64,000 nucleotides of DNA from Candidatus Saccharimonadota bacterium (lineage in GTDB: Bacteria; Patescibacteriota; Saccharimonadia; Saccharimonadales; VXPC01): positions 3,830-67,829 of the forward strand of contig JAPOWB010000006.1 of assembly GCA_026707815.1 (NCBI GenBank), in the 5' to 3' direction. The notes beneath the pieces are model-generated. The model searched no databases. It was not told the origin of the DNA and saw only the letters and a list, made by a program, of their open reading frames with translations. Each line of letters opens with the position of its first letter. The stretch's first letter is position 1. The translations under genes and the position numbers were made by a program. Positions 9,418 through 18,264 of the stretch are shown piece after piece.

Positions 9418-10707
9418 ATGCATCTTTATATTGCCGGAATAAACGGAGCTGGAATGAGTGCTTTGGCTGAAATTACCCATCAGCTTGGCCATCAAGTCTC
9501 TGGATCAGATTTGAAGCATTCTGAATTCATGTCAAAAATTCAAAACTGGCATCCCAAACCCATGATCAACATTGGACAAACTGAAAATCAGATTAGTAAG
9601 ATTCACAAGCAAAGCCCCATTGATTGGTATATTTATTCTTCAGCCCTATCTTGGGTTAAGCCTCCGAATGAAGAGTTAGCTTGGGCAAAGCAATATTTAC
9701 CTAAAGTCAGCAAAAGAGATGAATTTTTTAATTTTCTTATTAAAAAGCAAAATTTAAAACTTTTAGCTATTAGCGGAAGCCATGGCAAAACAACTACAAC
9801 TGCCATGTTAATTTGGGCTTCTCAGCAGTTAAATCTGAATATTAGTTATGCTGTAGGAGGTCGGTTAGCCGACCAGTCTTCAGCCCATTTATCATCAGAC
9901 AGTCGCTGGTTTATCTATGAAGCTGATGAATTTGATCGCAATTTTTTAGCCTTTAAGCCTGATTTAAGCGTCATTACGGGAGTTGAACATGATCATCAAG
10001 AAGTCTATCCGACTAAAGCTTCGTATTATCAGGCTATGATTGATTTTATCAAACAAAGTCATCAAGTCATCATGCATTATGGTGACTGGCAAACTTTGAA
10101 TCAATTTCAAAATCTTGAAGAATTAAATCACATAACTTTTATACCAAAAATCATTCATTCTTCTTTTCGGCTTTTAGGTGAGGTTAATCGGTTGAATGCT
10201 GAAGTTGTCAGACAGACTATCAAAATCTGGCAAAATCAAACTAACGACCAGGAAATTATGAATATCTTGAATAAATTCCCCAGTTTATGGAGGAGATTTG
10301 AACAAATTGCCCCCAGCGTCTATACAGATTATGCTCACAATATTGCTAAAATTCAGGGTTGTTTACAAATAGCCTCGGAATTAAAGAAACCTCTAGCAAT
10401 TATCTATGAACCCCACTCTAATGTCAGACAACATCATATTCAAAATCAATATATTAATCTATTTAAATCTATTGATAAGCTTTACTGGTTGCCAACATAT
10501 CTAGCCCGTGAAGATGATGACTTGCCAATCTTATCACCCGATGATTTAACAAAAAACATCAAGTATCCTCCGAAGATTATCATCTCCAAAATGAACGAGC
10601 AATTAGTACAGCAACTTAAAAAAGATATTGAGAATAGATTAGTCATTGTGGGAATGACTGCAGGTAATTTAGATACTTGGTTGAGGCAGAATTTTAGACA
10701 AGATTAA
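9418..10707 (+). CDS. murC: UDP-N-acetylmuramate--L-alanine ligase (MurC)-type Mur ligase
   Basis: N-terminus IAGINGAGMSALAEITHQLGHQVSGSDL, P-loop GSHGKTTTTAML, EADEFDRNFL...VEHDHQEVY, and TDYAHN, all as in MurC. Confidence 0.75.
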   Translation: MHLYIAGINGAGMSALAEITHQLGHQVSGSDLKHSEFMSKIQNWHPKPMINIGQTENQISKIHKQSPIDWYIYSSALSWVKPPNEELAWAKQYLPKVSKRDEFFNFLIKKQNLKLLAISGSHGKTTTTAMLIWASQQLNLNISYAVGGRLADQSSAHLSSDSRWFIYEADEFDRNFLAFKPDLSVITGVEHDHQEVYPTKASYYQAMIDFIKQSHQVIMHYGDWQTLNQFQNLEELNHITFIPKIIHSSFRLLGEVNRLNAEVVRQTIKIWQNQTNDQEIMNILNKFPSLWRRFEQIAPSVYTDYAHNIAKIQGCLQIASELKKPLAIIYEPHSNVRQHHIQNQYINLFKSIDKLYWLPTYLAREDDDLPILSPDDLTKNIKYPPKIIISKMNEQLVQQLKKDIENRLVIVGMTAGNLDTWLRQNFRQD

Positions 10708-10710
10708 TAT

Positions 10711-11073
10711 TTAAAATTCTAAAAACTGTTGGATTAACTGATCTTCTGGTAATTGCCAATGTTGTTGATTCTCAATATTAGCAGTCATTTGAGTGATTTG
10801 ATCATAAATATGGTGCAGCTCACCTGTTGTCAGTATGTGATCCTCAAAATCTACTTCGCTATTCTCTGTGGGTAGAAAAAATGGACTATCTAAGCTATTT
10901 TCGGTTGCCCGTTGAATGCTAATAGCAGTTTCGTGGGCGGGAGAATTCCAGAATAATCGCAAAGAGATAAAACTTAAACCAATTGAAATCAATATAACAA
11001 TGAATAAATACATCCTCAAGCTACAGTTTAATTCCAGTCTTGACTTCTTGGCGGGATGGATTCTAGATGGCAT
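10711..11073 (-). CDS. Hypothetical membrane-anchored protein
   Basis: 120-aa ORF with one TM segment (MYLFIVILISIGLSFISLRLF). It overlaps the upstream gene by 11 nt. Confidence 0.35.
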   Translation of the reverse strand: MPSRIHPAKKSRLELNCSLRMYLFIVILISIGLSFISLRLFWNSPAHETAISIQRATENSLDSPFFLPTENSEVDFEDHILTTGELHHIYDQITQMTANIENQQHWQLPEDQLIQQFLEF

Positions 11074-11704
11074 GTTGCTGATTCTCTGCGGTTAATAAAT
11101 CGGCCTGAATTTCGGCTAAGACTTCTTCTATTTCTTTGTTTATATAATCAAGCATTGCTTCAGCTGATGCCTCAATTAATTGCCGACGACTATCGGCTTC
11201 TTGTAGCCCAGCAACAAAAGCTTGAGGATGATAATGACAATTAACATTCAAGCTTAATAATTCATTTAAACTCAATTTATATGCCCTTAAATCAGTCTGA
11301 AAATTAGCTTCCAGCTGACTGAAATCGACTAAAACTAGATCAATATTGGAGCTGTCTACAGTCATATGTCTTAAATCGTCGCTAATGAAATTTAAGCTGG
11401 ATTGAATTATCTCAATTAGAGATTGATAAACTTGAGCTGTTTGGTTAGTATCGTCTAAAAGTTGAGGGATAGAAGTTTTCAAGATATCTTGACAGTTATC
11501 AGTAACCAAATTAATTTCTGCAGTATTCAAAGAAATATTGTAAGTTTTAATTAAACGAGTTAAATGCTTTAAAGCTGTCTGCCTAAAACTTGCTGACGGC
11601 ACTGAAATATCGGCTTGAGCTTGAGCTGAAAAAGGAGATTGGAGATGAAAGCCTAAAATGACAACACTTAAGATTAGTAAACGACTAAAATTAATAAATA
11701 TCAT
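11063..11704 (-). CDS. Hypothetical exported protein
   Basis: Signal-peptide-like N-terminus (LLILSVVILGFHLQSPFSAQAQA). Its start overlaps the aspS stop (ATGA), indicating translational coupling. Confidence 0.4.
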   Translation of the reverse strand: MIFINFSRLLILSVVILGFHLQSPFSAQAQADISVPSASFRQTALKHLTRLIKTYNISLNTAEINLVTDNCQDILKTSIPQLLDDTNQTAQVYQSLIEIIQSSLNFISDDLRHMTVDSSNIDLVLVDFSQLEANFQTDLRAYKLSLNELLSLNVNCHYHPQAFVAGLQEADSRRQLIEASAEAMLDYINKEIEEVLAEIQADLLTAENQQHAI

Positions 11705-13458
11705 GATTTATGTATACCAAGCTCTTTGGCTTGGGTCTTATTAATATTTGATGGCGAGTCCATCATCAAATCCACGCCTGAACCACTCTTCGGAAAAGCT
11801 ACTAGTTGCCTAATATTTGACTCCCTCAATAGAATCATAAGCAGTCGATCAAGACCAAAAGCACAACCAGCATGGGGTGGAGCTCCATACTGAAAAGCTT
11901 CCAGCAATGCACCAAATTTTTGTTCGACTTCATCTTGGCTATAACCAATATTCTGAAAAGCTAAAATTAATTGTTTGGGATCATGATTTCTAACTGCTCC
12001 CGAACAAACTTCATAGCCATTAAGCACTAAATCATACTGGTCAGCTAAAATTTGTAATTTATCCTTGTTGTCTAAAGAATTCTTGGGCTTGGAAAAAGGA
12101 TTGTGACCAAAAACTAACTGCCCCGATTGTTCATCCTGCTCATAAAAAGGAAAATCAACAATCCAGACAGCTGACACAATTGCCTCATTCTTAAGATTAA
12201 GCCAGTCTGCCAATTGCTCTCTGACAGCCCCCAAAACTGTTAGAGCCAATTTGGAGCTTTGATCAGCTAATAAAAAAACTGTTTGATGATTTTGGAGTTT
12301 AAAGGTTGTTCGAATTTGTTTCAATTCTTCAATAGATAAAAATTTGGCTAGTGGACCTTGCCAGTGTTGATCGGTATAGGTTAACCAGGCTAATCCTTTC
12401 GCTCCCCGTGATTGAGCCAATACAATTAAATCACTAAACTGCTTATTGGATAAAGTTGAATCGATGGCCAAAGACTTAATGCTACCCCCAGCTTCCAAAG
12501 CCTTCTTTAAAACTTCAGCCTCGGTTGATTTGAAGATAGTCGACAAATCTTGAATCTTTAAATCATACCTTAAATCAGGTTTATCAGTACCATAAGCTTC
12601 AAAGGCTTGACGATAAGTCATTTCAAAAAACTTATCACCCAATAAGGACATCTGACCAAAATCTACAATCAATTTTTTAACCAAAGGCTCAACTGTTTGA
12701 CGAACTACCCGACCTTCAGAAACAAAAGACATTTCTAAATCTAGTTGGTAAAAATCTCCATATAGGCGATCGGCTCGAGGATCTTCATCTCTAAAACAAC
12801 TAGCAATTTGGTAATAGCGAGATAATCCGCCCACCATCAGCAATTGCTTAAATTGCTGCGGGGCTTGAGGCAGAGCGTAGAATTTACCCTGATGTAATCG
12901 GGAGGGAACCAGAAAATCCCGAGCTCCTTCGGGTGATGAATTGGCTAAAATTGGCGTTGGTACTTCAGTAAATTCTGCCTCTTCCATGAAATCACGAATA
13001 ACCTTATAAAAACTTGCCCGATATTTCAGATTTTTTTGCATTGTCGGTCGCCTTAAATCTAAATAACGATACTTCAGCCTCTTGTCTTCGTTGGGTAATA
13101 TCGCCTGGTCGGTAGTAGTAATTGGGGGTGTTTTAGCTTGGTTTAGAATAATCAGATTGTCAACGGCTATCTCTAACTGTCCAGTTGCAACCAAGGGGTT
13201 TTCCATGCCAGCAGTTCGTTTTTGCAAACGACCACCAACTTCAATAACCCATTCTTTTCTCAAAGTCTGAGCTTGATCAAACAAAGCTTTGTTTTCTGGT
13301 CTAAAAACAATCTGAATAATTCCGTGACAGTCTCTTAAATCAATAAAAATCAAGCCCCCATGGTCTCGACGAGCTTGAACCCAGCCTGCTACAGTCGGGG
13401 ATTGGTCTGATGATTGAAATACTTTATTAAGATCTCTAGTTGGAGTCAGGGGCATCAT
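11701..13458 (-). CDS. aspS: Aspartate--tRNA ligase
   Basis: GWVQARRDHGGLIFIDLRD (OB-fold region), class II motif 2 FRDEDPRADR, and motif 3 GCAFGLDRLLMIL. The ORF-track start at 13542 overlaps the upstream CBS gene by more than 100 nt. I place the start at an internal Met (about 13458/13455), which is uncertain. Confidence 0.88.
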   Translation of the reverse strand: MMPLTPTRDLNKVFQSSDQSPTVAGWVQARRDHGGLIFIDLRDCHGIIQIVFRPENKALFDQAQTLRKEWVIEVGGRLQKRTAGMENPLVATGQLEIAVDNLIILNQAKTPPITTTDQAILPNEDKRLKYRYLDLRRPTMQKNLKYRASFYKVIRDFMEEAEFTEVPTPILANSSPEGARDFLVPSRLHQGKFYALPQAPQQFKQLLMVGGLSRYYQIASCFRDEDPRADRLYGDFYQLDLEMSFVSEGRVVRQTVEPLVKKLIVDFGQMSLLGDKFFEMTYRQAFEAYGTDKPDLRYDLKIQDLSTIFKSTEAEVLKKALEAGGSIKSLAIDSTLSNKQFSDLIVLAQSRGAKGLAWLTYTDQHWQGPLAKFLSIEELKQIRTTFKLQNHQTVFLLADQSSKLALTVLGAVREQLADWLNLKNEAIVSAVWIVDFPFYEQDEQSGQLVFGHNPFSKPKNSLDNKDKLQILADQYDLVLNGYEVCSGAVRNHDPKQLILAFQNIGYSQDEVEQKFGALLEAFQYGAPPHAGCAFGLDRLLMILLRESNIRQLVAFPKSGSGVDLMMDSPSNINKTQAKELGIHKS

Positions 13459-14509
13459 TAGTTTTAACATTAGAGGTTTTGGCTTGGTTTTCCAAGCTGT
13501 TAACAATGTCTTGAGCATCATTGTAGTTTGGTAAATTCTCAAGTTTTTGTTGACCTAAATATTGCTTTAAAACATCAAAGACAGTGATTGAGCCGACAAC
13601 TTTTTGCCTATCATTAATGACTAAAAATAAATATTCTTCAGTGACAAAAAAGGCATTTAAAACCTGGTCTAAAGCTGATTGCTCGTGAACATAATAAATA
13701 GATGATCTCATAACTTGAGCAATTTTATGATTCTCTTTGTCAGAAGCTTCTATATCCTTATAATGCAAAACTCCAACAAAATCTTCTGTTGATTGATTTT
13801 GAACCGGGAAAATAGATAATCCTGTTTGATGTAAATCCTTCAAAAAAGATAAACTCAAACTCTGGTCGGGGGCAACTACCCTCATATCTGCTAAAGGAAT
13901 CATATAATTTATAATCTTTTTAGAATAGAAAGTCAGAGTAGCAATTGTTAAATCTAAGTCTGTCTGGGCTTGAGGGTTATTAATCCGATCTCTTAGCTCT
14001 TTGATAATGTCTATAAGATCCTCTTTGGAATGAATGTGCAGTGGTTTGTCGGCACTAATTCTTTGACTTAATCCTAAAGGTTTAAATATTCTGAAAAAGA
14101 GCTCCATCCTATCTAAAAATTTACCCAAAAATCCACTTACTCGGGCAGCTGAAACCAGACTGGGAACTGGCCATTTAGCCCAAGGCAGAGCAAAAACCAA
14201 ACTTGTCAGAAGAACAATGCTAATCAAAATAACTAAATAAGTTGATTCTATGAGATTGCCTAAAACTTGAATCATAATCACAATAACTAAAGCCAGCAGA
14301 ATCCATAAGACAAACCACAGCCTCAAGCCATGTTCTCGAGCTTTGAGAACTTGTCGGGCTTGACGACTGCCCTTCAAAGCTCTTCTTCTGAGTTCATTGA
14401 GATTCATATAGCTGAAACTTTTAATCAATTGCATTAAATGAATAGCGAGACTGAAGCTAATAATAAAAATGGCTAAATCTAAAAGATTCGACGAAGTTTC
14501 TGTATCCAT
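13436..14509 (-). CDS. DUF21/CNNM-type membrane protein with a CBS-domain pair (HlyC/CorC family-like)
   Basis: About four N-terminal TM segments followed by a region with CBS-pair character (MIPLADMRVVAPD..., VHYKDI..., VVGSITVFDVL). Confidence 0.6.
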   Translation of the reverse strand: MDTETSSNLLDLAIFIISFSLAIHLMQLIKSFSYMNLNELRRRALKGSRQARQVLKAREHGLRLWFVLWILLALVIVIMIQVLGNLIESTYLVILISIVLLTSLVFALPWAKWPVPSLVSAARVSGFLGKFLDRMELFFRIFKPLGLSQRISADKPLHIHSKEDLIDIIKELRDRINNPQAQTDLDLTIATLTFYSKKIINYMIPLADMRVVAPDQSLSLSFLKDLHQTGLSIFPVQNQSTEDFVGVLHYKDIEASDKENHKIAQVMRSSIYYVHEQSALDQVLNAFFVTEEYLFLVINDRQKVVGSITVFDVLKQYLGQQKLENLPNYNDAQDIVNSLENQAKTSNVKTNDAPDSN

Positions 14510-14591
14510 AAGAACAAAATTTTAATTTTCTCTATTTTACTCTATAATGAACTAATATTGATTTTTTTAATGGAATTTTCATCAAAATTTA

Positions 14592-15326
14592 ATGAATAAT
14601 AAAATTTTTATCTTTCTGATTGCCCTTATTGTAATCCTTTTCTTGGGATTTGTGATCTTAGGCGATAATCAAGATGCTCCGACTGTCAGTCAGCGTAGCA
14701 ACAATACTTACGGAGTTAGTCCACAAAATATTGTTTTAGAAGAAGCTTATTCCTTGGGTTGTCCTGCCTGTGCTCAACATCATCCAGTTTTAAAGCCTCT
14801 TAGACAAGAATTCCAAGATAAAATTATTTTTCAACCAGTTCACTTTCCTTTAACTGCTAGTTTTAGAAATGCTTTGGCTGCTCATCGGGCTGTTGAGGCC
14901 GCCCGTCAGCAGAGTTTAGATTTATTCTGGGCGTTGCATGACAAATTATTCGAAGAGCGAGAAGCTTGGGTTAATCTTGACGATCCCATTAATCAAATCC
15001 GAGTTTTTGCTGAAGAAGCTGGAGTTGATTTAGAGCAATTTGATGTTGATTTCAAAAGTAGCAAAATTAACGATATCATCAATAATGATATTAAATATGT
15101 TGAGAGCTTAGGTATTACGGGTACTCCGACTTTCATTCTTGATGGTCAGGTTTTAGAGGAAGCTGACGATGAAGCCTTCAGTCGAATTGAAACAGCCAGA
15201 GAATTTATCAATCAATATTTGGAGAATCTAGAAACTGCCTCTGCGGCCGAAGATAATGAAGCTGATATTGAGACTTCTTCCCCATCAAGCGAAGAAGTTG
15301 AGTCAGACAATGCAGAAACTCAATAG
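14592..15326 (+). CDS. DsbA-family thiol:disulfide oxidoreductase (membrane-anchored or exported) with an acidic C-terminal tail
   Basis: N-terminal TM or signal segment, thioredoxin-fold CxxC (GCPACAQ), and a GITGTPTFILDG motif typical of DsbA-like proteins. Confidence 0.7.
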   Translation: MNNKIFIFLIALIVILFLGFVILGDNQDAPTVSQRSNNTYGVSPQNIVLEEAYSLGCPACAQHHPVLKPLRQEFQDKIIFQPVHFPLTASFRNALAAHRAVEAARQQSLDLFWALHDKLFEEREAWVNLDDPINQIRVFAEEAGVDLEQFDVDFKSSKINDIINNDIKYVESLGITGTPTFILDGQVLEEADDEAFSRIETAREFINQYLENLETASAAEDNEADIETSSPSSEEVESDNAETQ

Positions 15327-15374
15327 TTTGTTACATTCAACTCAGATAGCTCTTAAAATTGAAGGTTAAGGCTG

Positions 15375-17138
15375 GTGGATAATATTTTCATTGAACTAAG
15401 TTTCGTTATTGGAGTGGTTTTAGTTATCTCTTTAATAATGAGACTTCTGAAACAGCCCCTCATGATTGGCTATATCATTGCCGGGGTTTTGGTTGGACCT
15501 CTAGTTTTGAATATTGTTCACACCGCTGATCAACTGGATATTTTTGCTCATTTAGGTATTGCCTTACTCCTCTTTATTGTTGGCTTGGGTTTAAGCCCAA
15601 AAATTATTAAAGATGTCGGTAAGCCAGCCGTTTTAACAGGAGTTAGTCAGGTTATCTTTACCACTGCCGTGGGTTGGATTATTGTTCATAGCCTAGGTTA
15701 TGATCCCCTGATTGCCTTGTATATCGCTGTAGCTTTAGCCTTTTCCTCAACCATTATTGTTTTAAAACTTTTATCAGACAAACGAGAACATCATCGATTA
15801 TATGCCAAAATTTCAGTGGGATTTTTGTTAGTCCAAGATATTTGTGCTGCTGCTATTTTGATTGTTGTTCCAGCTTTAAATAATGATGCCTTATCAAGCA
15901 GTTTTATCTATGAACTGATTGCTAAAAGTTTGCTGTTGTTTGCTAGCTTAGCCTTTATTTCAATTTGGCTTCTGCCAAAATTAAAAAATCTGATAAGTGC
16001 CAATCAAGAATTTTTGTTTATTTTTGCTATTGCTTGGGGTTTGGGGGTGGGAGCTATTTTTTATGAAACTGGCTTATCTTTAGAGGTTGGAGCTTTAGCG
16101 GCCGGAGTGGCTTTAGCTAGCCAGCCCTATGCTGCAGAAATAGCTTCACGCTTGAGACCTCTCAGGGATTTCTTCATTGTTTTGTTCTTTGTGGCTCTGG
16201 GAACTTCAATAGAGCTGACAATCTTGGGTGAAATTATTCCTCAGGCTGTGTTGCTATCTCTATTTGTTCTGATTGGCAACCCAATTATTGTCATGATTAT
16301 TATGAAAATTTTGGGCTTTACTAAAAAAACTGGCTTCAAAGCCGGTTTAGCAGTAGCCCAGATTTCCGAATTCTCTTTAATCTTCATCGCTTTAATTGGA
16401 GCGAATTTAGAGCTTGAATTAAGTCAAAAAATTATTGGTCTGACAACAGTTATTGCTTTGATTACCATTACTTTATCTTCATATATGATTATTTATTCTG
16501 ACAAGTTATATGCTTTTCTGGAACGCTTTCTGAAAATTTTTGAGAGCCAAAACACTCAAGAAGAAAACCGGTTAGCTCAACAACCTGAACTGGTTTTAAT
16601 CGGCTATGTTAGGGGCGGTGAACAATTCATTAAAACTTTTAAAACCCTCAAAAAACCATATTTAATTATTGATTACAATCCAAGGATTGTAGAACATTTG
16701 GAACAAAATAATTTACCTCATGCTTATGGGGATATATCTGATTTAGAACTAATAGAAGAAATTGGCTTAGATAAAGTTAAACTTCTTATATCAACCATTT
16801 CTGAATTTCAAATCAACAAGTTTTTAGCCGATTACATTACCAAAAAGAATTTGCCAACTATTTTTATTTGCTCTGCCGAAACTCCGCTTCAAGCTCAAGA
16901 ATTGTATCAATGTGGAGCAAATTATGTGATGCTTCCTCATTATATTGGGGGTGAGCAAATCTTAAGCTTCATCAAAAAAACAGGCTTAGATAAAAAAGCC
17001 TTTATTGAATTCAGGGATCATCACTTGTTGCAATTAACGCAGTTGACTGATCCAGCTCATCCCTCAAAATCTCAACCGTCTTTGTTGAAAAAAATTAGAA
17101 AAATCAAGTCTTCTAACAGAAAAGAAAATTCAGCTTAG
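15375..17138 (+). CDS. Cation:proton antiporter (CPA2/Kef-type) with a C-terminal RCK/TrkA-N-like domain
   Basis: About 12 TM helices with a Kef-like start (QPLMIGYIIAGVLVGP), then a soluble nucleotide-binding-like C-terminal domain (LVLIGYVRGG...). Confidence 0.75.
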   Translation: MDNIFIELSFVIGVVLVISLIMRLLKQPLMIGYIIAGVLVGPLVLNIVHTADQLDIFAHLGIALLLFIVGLGLSPKIIKDVGKPAVLTGVSQVIFTTAVGWIIVHSLGYDPLIALYIAVALAFSSTIIVLKLLSDKREHHRLYAKISVGFLLVQDICAAAILIVVPALNNDALSSSFIYELIAKSLLLFASLAFISIWLLPKLKNLISANQEFLFIFAIAWGLGVGAIFYETGLSLEVGALAAGVALASQPYAAEIASRLRPLRDFFIVLFFVALGTSIELTILGEIIPQAVLLSLFVLIGNPIIVMIIMKILGFTKKTGFKAGLAVAQISEFSLIFIALIGANLELELSQKIIGLTTVIALITITLSSYMIIYSDKLYAFLERFLKIFESQNTQEENRLAQQPELVLIGYVRGGEQFIKTFKTLKKPYLIIDYNPRIVEHLEQNNLPHAYGDISDLELIEEIGLDKVKLLISTISEFQINKFLADYITKKNLPTIFICSAETPLQAQELYQCGANYVMLPHYIGGEQILSFIKKTGLDKKAFIEFRDHHLLQLTQLTDPAHPSKSQPSLLKKIRKIKSSNRKENSA

Positions 17139-17191
17139 TATAATGTTTAGGTAAGATATTTAGAATTATAGTATTATGAGTGAATCTTTGT

Positions 17192-17266
17192 TCTGGGGTA
17201 GCTCAGCGGTAGAGCAGGCGGCTGTTAACCGCCAGGTCGCTGGTTCGAATCCAGTCCCCAGAGCCA
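17192..17266 (+). tRNA. tRNA-Asn (GUU)
   Basis: Acceptor TCTGGGG/CCCCAGA, anticodon stem-loop GGCGG-CTGTTAA-CCGCC, T arm GCTGG-TTCGAAT-CCAGT, encoded CCA. Confidence 0.9.
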
Positions 17267-17269
17267 GTC

Positions 17270-17695
17270 ATATTGGTGAGCCAAAGATTGCTGAGCAGGA
17301 TAACTGCTGATTACAACATAGACACGCCAGCCACCGATACAATGCTATATTGAAGCAACATGAAAATCAGACCCTCCACATCAGTCCGGGAGCCTATAAT
17401 ATGTCTAATTGTGACATGGTTGTAACATGCTCTAAAAGTATGGTGTATTGGATTCCAGTGTGATGGATAGTGAAGACCTGCTGAAGGAATGTAATTACAG
17501 TGAATCTGAATTACTTGAATTCAAGGTTGACAACAAAGACCCTGAAAGGACTGGTAAAAGCATCTCCGCCCTTGAGGTATTGCCAACTCTGGACTTCATA
17601 GTGCTTTTTAGTCTATCAGAATTATTGTTGACGCAATCAGCTAGCTCTCAGCTCCATAACGCAAGCGGACTTAATCACGCACTAAATGATATAGT
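17270..17695 (+). ncRNA. rnpB: RNase P RNA (bacterial type A-like, divergent); ends approximate (+/- 40 nt)
   Basis: In order on the plus strand, compared with E. coli M1 RNA recalled from memory:
- AGTCCGGGAGCCTATAAT vs AGUCCGGGCUCCAUAGGG.
- CCAGTGTGATGGATAGTGAAGACC vs CCAGUGCAACAGAGAGCAAACC.
- CTGAAAGGACTGGTAAAAGC vs GUGAAAGGGUGCGGUAAGAGC.
- CTCCGCCCTTGAGGTATTGCCAA vs CUCCACCCGGAGCAAGGCCAAA.
- CCATAACGCAAGCGGACTTAATC vs CCACGACAGAACCCGGCUUAUC.
AGTCCG and CGGACT can form helix P4. Confidence 0.65.
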
Positions 17696-17805
17696 ACTTC
17701 CTAATCAGGATTCTTACTTCCTTTACCACAGAGAGCCATGCTGTAAATTGATTCTCAAACACTGTTTTTACAAAGAGCATCTAGATTTTATTATTTTAGC
17801 GCAAG

Positions 17806-18264
17806 CTACGATTCAGTTACTGGCTCCAAAACCACGTGGCGTTGATCACCCTGTCCAAAACTTTTAGTTTGTAGCCCCTGAGCATTAGCCAATTGATGAA
17901 CAAGCCGTCGTTCGGCTGCTCCCATTGGGTTTAATTGCTTAGAAGAGCCTTTTTCTTTAACTTCCTTGATCCAAAAACCAATTTGTCGAGTTAAACGCTC
18001 AGCTTTATGTCTCTTGTAGCCGGCAACATCAATATTTAACTTATATGGTTGCTTCTTATATTGTTGGACAGCTGATGAAGTTAGAATGTGAAGAGCCTTT
18101 AAGGTTTGAGAAGACTTGCCAATCAAAAAACCATTTAAATGTGTGGATGGTATATCTAGCTGGATATACTCGTCCTCTATGACAAAAGAAACGTCAACTC
18201 TAAGACCAAAAAAACTTAGGATATCCTCTAGATATTGTTTAGCAAATAAAGCTGCGTCATTCAT
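17806..18264 (-). CDS. jag: Jag/KhpB-type RNA-binding protein (KH + R3H domains)
   Basis: C-terminal R3H-like motif ERRLVHQLANAQGLQTKSFGQGDQRHVVL. Conserved position downstream of yidC with a 4-nt overlap. Confidence 0.75.
   Translation of the reverse strand: MNDAALFAKQYLEDILSFFGLRVDVSFVIEDEYIQLDIPSTHLNGFLIGKSSQTLKALHILTSSAVQQYKKQPYKLNIDVAGYKRHKAERLTRQIGFWIKEVKEKGSSKQLNPMGAAERRLVHQLANAQGLQTKSFGQGDQRHVVLEPVTES

Noticed and set aside
17270-17800. Alternative readings of the tRNA-Asn/jag gap: a tmRNA, or RNase P RNA on the minus strand
   Set aside because: - tmRNA: there is no tRNA-like 3' end (no T-arm plus ACCA) and no plausible tag reading frame ending in ALAA-type codons.
- Minus-strand RNase P RNA: this gives only the P4 strands (AAGUCCG / CCCGGACU). 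The CCAGUG..., UGAAAGG..GGUAAAAGC and CUCCGCCC..GCCAA blocks match only on the plus strand.
17448-17867. 139-aa plus-strand ORF in the track
   Set aside because: It lies almost entirely within the region that matches RNase P RNA conserved blocks, and its 3' end runs antisense into jag. It has no SD or domain signal. Most likely it is a chance ORF in a structured-RNA gene.
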